NCBI GenBank assembly: GCA_002452255.1
Contig: DKEO01000057.1
Span: forward strand, 10,081-47,614
Direction of reading: 5' to 3'
Length of the DNA stretch: 37,534 bases
Source of the DNA: Ferrimicrobium sp. UBA6820
GTDB lineage: Bacteria > Actinomycetota > Acidimicrobiia > Acidimicrobiales > RAAP-2
Part shown: positions 34,858 to 37,534 of the stretch, one piece after another
Position numbering within the stretch: position 1 is the first letter of the stretch
Layout: each line of letters begins with the position of its first letter
The notes under the pieces: generated by a model
The model's input: only the letters and a program-made list of their open reading frames with translations
Told to the model about the DNA's origin: nothing
The model's database searches: none
Program-made: the position numbers and the translations under genes

Positions 34858-35894
34858 CTGACCACTGAAACCAGGGTGCCGATCGGGGTGTAGGGCCATA
34901 CGGTCTTGGCCGAGGCGAAGGGCATCTCGACGCAGCCGAGGCTCTGCTGCCAACCGTAGGAGTAGCGGATGAATCCGTGCAGCGCGTCGCCCCCGTTGAA
35001 GTAGGAGATCCAGGGGATCCCGGGGTCCGAGTAGTGCGAGCCGTCGGGATTGGTGCCACTCATGGTCTGGCTCGTGTAACGCAGGTACACCGGAAAGGTG
35101 CCCAGTGCCGTGGGCGAGACCGATATGCCGGTGTTGACGAGGGTGTGGAACGTGGATACGCCCGCGACGTAGAGAGTGAGCGTCTCAGGTTGGGTCTCGC
35201 TGACGCTCACGTAGTTGTAGGACTGGGCGTCGACTTGTCCCGCTTCGGCGGCGTTGACGAGGTCGTTCCAGGTGGTCGGATCCGCGACGCCCGTCGTGGG
35301 CAGGTTGTTCGCGTTCTGGAACGCCATCAGCGCGCCGGTCACCAGCACGTTGTCCACGCCCACGCGCCACTGCGAGCTCAGCGTCGAGGGCAGTTGGGGA
35401 TAGGACCACGTGAAGGTGCCCGGTTCCTGGACGCCGGGGTCCGCGTTCTGAACGCTTGGGGTGAACGAGAGCGGCAGGTAGTTGGTCTCGGCGAGCAACT
35501 GCTCTTCCCAGGTGACGTTGGTCGCGATGTTGGTGCTGAGCGGGCGAAGCGTGTCGAAGTGGCACGTCGAGGCGCACGACATCGTCGAGGGCGTCTCGAT
35601 GACGTACTTCACCTGGGGCTTCAGTTTCGAGGTCGCGACCGCCTGGACGGCGCGTGGCCCGATCTGCTGCCACTCGGTCGTAAGGGCGGGTCGAACCACG
35701 AGACGAGGCAGGCGCGAGGCGTTCACCACCGCGTTGAAGTGCAGACGGACGATGGGCATCGTCGCGGTGAGCGTCGGTGGGACTTCACTCGAGACGCGGA
35801 TCGCCGAGGTTGCCGACGCCTCAACGGTAGGTACCACGCAGAGCGCGAGCACGCTGGCGAACAGTATTCCCAGCCGTTTCGAGTGTTCGCGCAT
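34854..35894 (-). CDS. Secreted L,D-transpeptidase with peptidoglycan-binding domain
   Basis: Signal peptide; ALMAFQNANNLPTTGVADPTTW (PG-binding 1); YFNGGDALHG...SLGCVEM catalytic His/Cys; ATG 35894 lies 6 nt after TACTCT (alternative GTG 35915). Confidence 0.88.
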   Translation of the reverse strand: MREHSKRLGILFASVLALCVVPTVEASATSAIRVSSEVPPTLTATMPIVRLHFNAVVNASRLPRLVVRPALTTEWQQIGPRAVQAVATSKLKPQVKYVIETPSTMSCASTCHFDTLRPLSTNIATNVTWEEQLLAETNYLPLSFTPSVQNADPGVQEPGTFTWSYPQLPSTLSSQWRVGVDNVLVTGALMAFQNANNLPTTGVADPTTWNDLVNAAEAGQVDAQSYNYVSVSETQPETLTLYVAGVSTFHTLVNTGISVSPTALGTFPVYLRYTSQTMSGTNPDGSHYSDPGIPWISYFNGGDALHGFIRYSYGWQQSLGCVEMPFASAKTVWPYTPIGTLVSVVS

Positions 35895-35962
35895 GGTCTT
35901 AGAGTAATCGCGCACCGGGGGGTCCTCGTAGTGTCTACGCTAGGAGAGAGAGGAGAAGTCAC

Positions 35963-36148
35963 ATGAGCACCATGAAGACGGTCGGTATCGTGATTCTGGT
36001 CATCGCGTTGGTCATCGTGTGCTTCTCGCTCATTGGCTTCGTGTTCTCGCTCGTGCGCATCCTCATCGAGGCCGCGATCATCGTGGGCGTTGGTTATATC
36101 GCGTACCTGTTCATTCGCCGCGGTAACCGGGGTAAGACCAACACCTAG
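35963..36148 (+). CDS. Small two-TM membrane protein of unknown function
   Basis: AGGAG RBS, 61 aa, two hydrophobic segments, basic C-terminus. Confidence 0.75.
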   Translation: MSTMKTVGIVILVIALVIVCFSLIGFVFSLVRILIEAAIIVGVGYIAYLFIRRGNRGKTNT

Positions 36149-36171
36149 GCCCGAGTAGGCTGGGCAGTTCT

Positions 36172-36245
36172 GGCGGCGTGGCCGAGTGGTTAGGCAGGGG
36201 CCTGCAAAGCCCCGTACTCCGGTTCGAATCCGGACGCCGCCTCCA
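36172..36245 (+). tRNA. tRNA-Cys(GCA)
   Basis: Acceptor GGCGGCG/CGCCGCC, anticodon arm GGGGC-CTGCAAA-GCCCC (GCA 36204-36206), T arm GGTTCGAATCC, U discriminator, encoded CCA. Confidence 0.97.
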
Positions 36246-36371
36246 ATTGCGCTTCCCGGCCGAGCGCGTCGGGCGTGACAAGCGTCCTAGATTGGTGTTG
36301 GTTCCTCAAAGTCCCGCCCCAGCAGGAGGCGGGTGTCGTGGGCCCGGTGCCCAGATCGAAAGGCGTAGTTT

Positions 36372-37534
36372 TTGCTCACCTCGTTGCTCCGCGCCTACCT
36401 TCGCCCTTATCGTCGCCCCACCGTCATCCTGGTGGTCTTGCTGGTGGCCCAGACCGTGGGCAACCTGTACCTGCCCAACTTGAACGCGGACATCATCAAC
36501 AATGGCGTCATCACCGGCAAGCTGCACTACATCTTGTCGACCGGCCTGGTGATGATCGCGATAACGGTCCTCGTCGGCGTCTTCGCCGTGGTCGCGGTCT
36601 ACTACGCCTCGCGCATCGGCATGGGGGCGGGCGCGGATATCCGAGAAGCCGTCTTTACGAAAGTGCAGTCGTTCTCGGCGAGGGACATGAACCACTTCGG
36701 GACAGCGTCACTCATCACCCGCAACACCAACGACATCCAGCAGATTCAGTTGTTCCTGCAGATGGCCCTCACGATGATGGTCATCGCACCGATCATGTGC
36801 GTGGGTGGCATCATCCTCGCCATCCACGAGGGCGCGCAACTCTCGACCCTCCTGCTGGTCGCGGTGCCGGTGATGGCAGTGTTCATCGGGATCGTCATGG
36901 TCAAGGTGATCCCCCAGTTCCGTTCCATGCAACGCAAGATCGACCGGATCAACGAGGTGCTGCGCGAGCAGATCACCGGCGTTCGCGTCATTCGGGCCTT
37001 CGTGCGCAACGACGCGGAGGCCGAGCGCTTCTCGGTGGCCAACGCCGACCTGACGAACACGGCGCTGCGGGTCAACCGGGTCTTCGCCCTGATGTTGCCG
37101 ACCATGATGATGATCTTGAATCTCTCGTCGGTCGCGGTGCTGTGGTTCGGTGGTCGACTCGTGAGCGAGGGATCGATGCCGATTGGCAACCTGACGGCGT
37201 TCCTCACCTATATTCTGCAAATACTGCTCTCGGTGATGATGGCGGTGATGGTGGCGATTCTGTTGCCGCGCGCCGCGGCGAGCGCGGAACGAGTCCAAGA
37301 AGTCTTGCTCACCGTGCCGGTGGTGAGCGATCCACCCACGCCCGTGCGTCCCGCCGCGGCGACGGGCGTGGTGTCCTTTGACGGCGTGTCCTTCGAGTAT
37401 CCCGGCAGCGAGCGGGCCGTGGTTGAGGAACTCACGTTCACGTTCGAACCCGGTCAGACGAGCGCAATCATCGGCGGCACGGGAAGTGGCAAGACGACGC
37501 TGTTGAACCTGATTCCGCGGTTCTTTGACGCGAC
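36372..37534 (+). CDS. ABC exporter, fused permease/ATP-binding subunit (3' truncated by window edge)
   Basis: Not in ORF track (no stop in window): TTG 36372 gives MLTSLLRAYLRPY...LYLPNLNADIINNGV...SLITRNTNDIQQIQ...REQITGVRVIRAF...Walker A GGTGSGKTT. Confidence 0.92.
   Translation, partial: MLTSLLRAYLRPYRRPTVILVVLLVAQTVGNLYLPNLNADIINNGVITGKLHYILSTGLVMIAITVLVGVFAVVAVYYASRIGMGAGADIREAVFTKVQSFSARDMNHFGTASLITRNTNDIQQIQLFLQMALTMMVIAPIMCVGGIILAIHEGAQLSTLLLVAVPVMAVFIGIVMVKVIPQFRSMQRKIDRINEVLREQITGVRVIRAFVRNDAEAERFSVANADLTNTALRVNRVFALMLPTMMMILNLSSVAVLWFGGRLVSEGSMPIGNLTAFLTYILQILLSVMMAVMVAILLPRAAASAERVQEVLLTVPVVSDPPTPVRPAAATGVVSFDGVSFEYPGSERAVVEELTFTFEPGQTSAIIGGTGSGKTTLLNLIPRFFDA

Noticed and set aside
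36172-36371. tRNA-Cys as an integration site for a mobile element
   Set aside because: No integrase is present and I saw no duplicated tRNA 3' end in the window; flanking genes are ordinary
36275-37381. 368-aa plus-strand ORF in the track
   Set aside because: Off-frame shadow of the ABC exporter that starts at 36372

Overview
High-GC actinobacterial chromosome segment; gene content, protein styles and GAAC-N4-GTTC boxes suggest Acidimicrobiia (inference). It is mostly housekeeping: nusA-ylxR-infB-rbfA-truB-ribF-rpsO-pnp, a YfhO-like membrane protein, dapB-dapA-rnj, a siderophore-interacting protein, ftsK-dac-thrB-eamA-miaB-miaA-dapF-hflX-dapC-dapD-dapE, an SOS locus (lexA, LysM gene, nrdR, PIG-L deacetylase, dinB), an L,D-transpeptidase, tRNA-Cys and a partial ABC exporter. 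The most unusual region is 28.8-31.9 kb. There a coupled gene pair (MoxR/CobS-like AAA+ ATPase plus a HExxH metallopeptidase-VWA protein) sits between lexA and its normally adjacent LysM division-inhibitor gene. The pair is bracketed by LexA boxes sharing a 12-bp direct repeat and is preceded by a ~260-nt GC-rich region whose last hairpin buries the ribosome-binding site. lexA itself has an in-frame TAA at codon 14. Also noted: a LexA box between ftsK and the SIP gene, a probable ATA start for ylxR, a Cys-to-Ser DapF active site, and a repeated TANNNT-N6/7-start pattern suggesting leaderless transcription. No integrase, transposase, CRISPR array or rRNA was seen.
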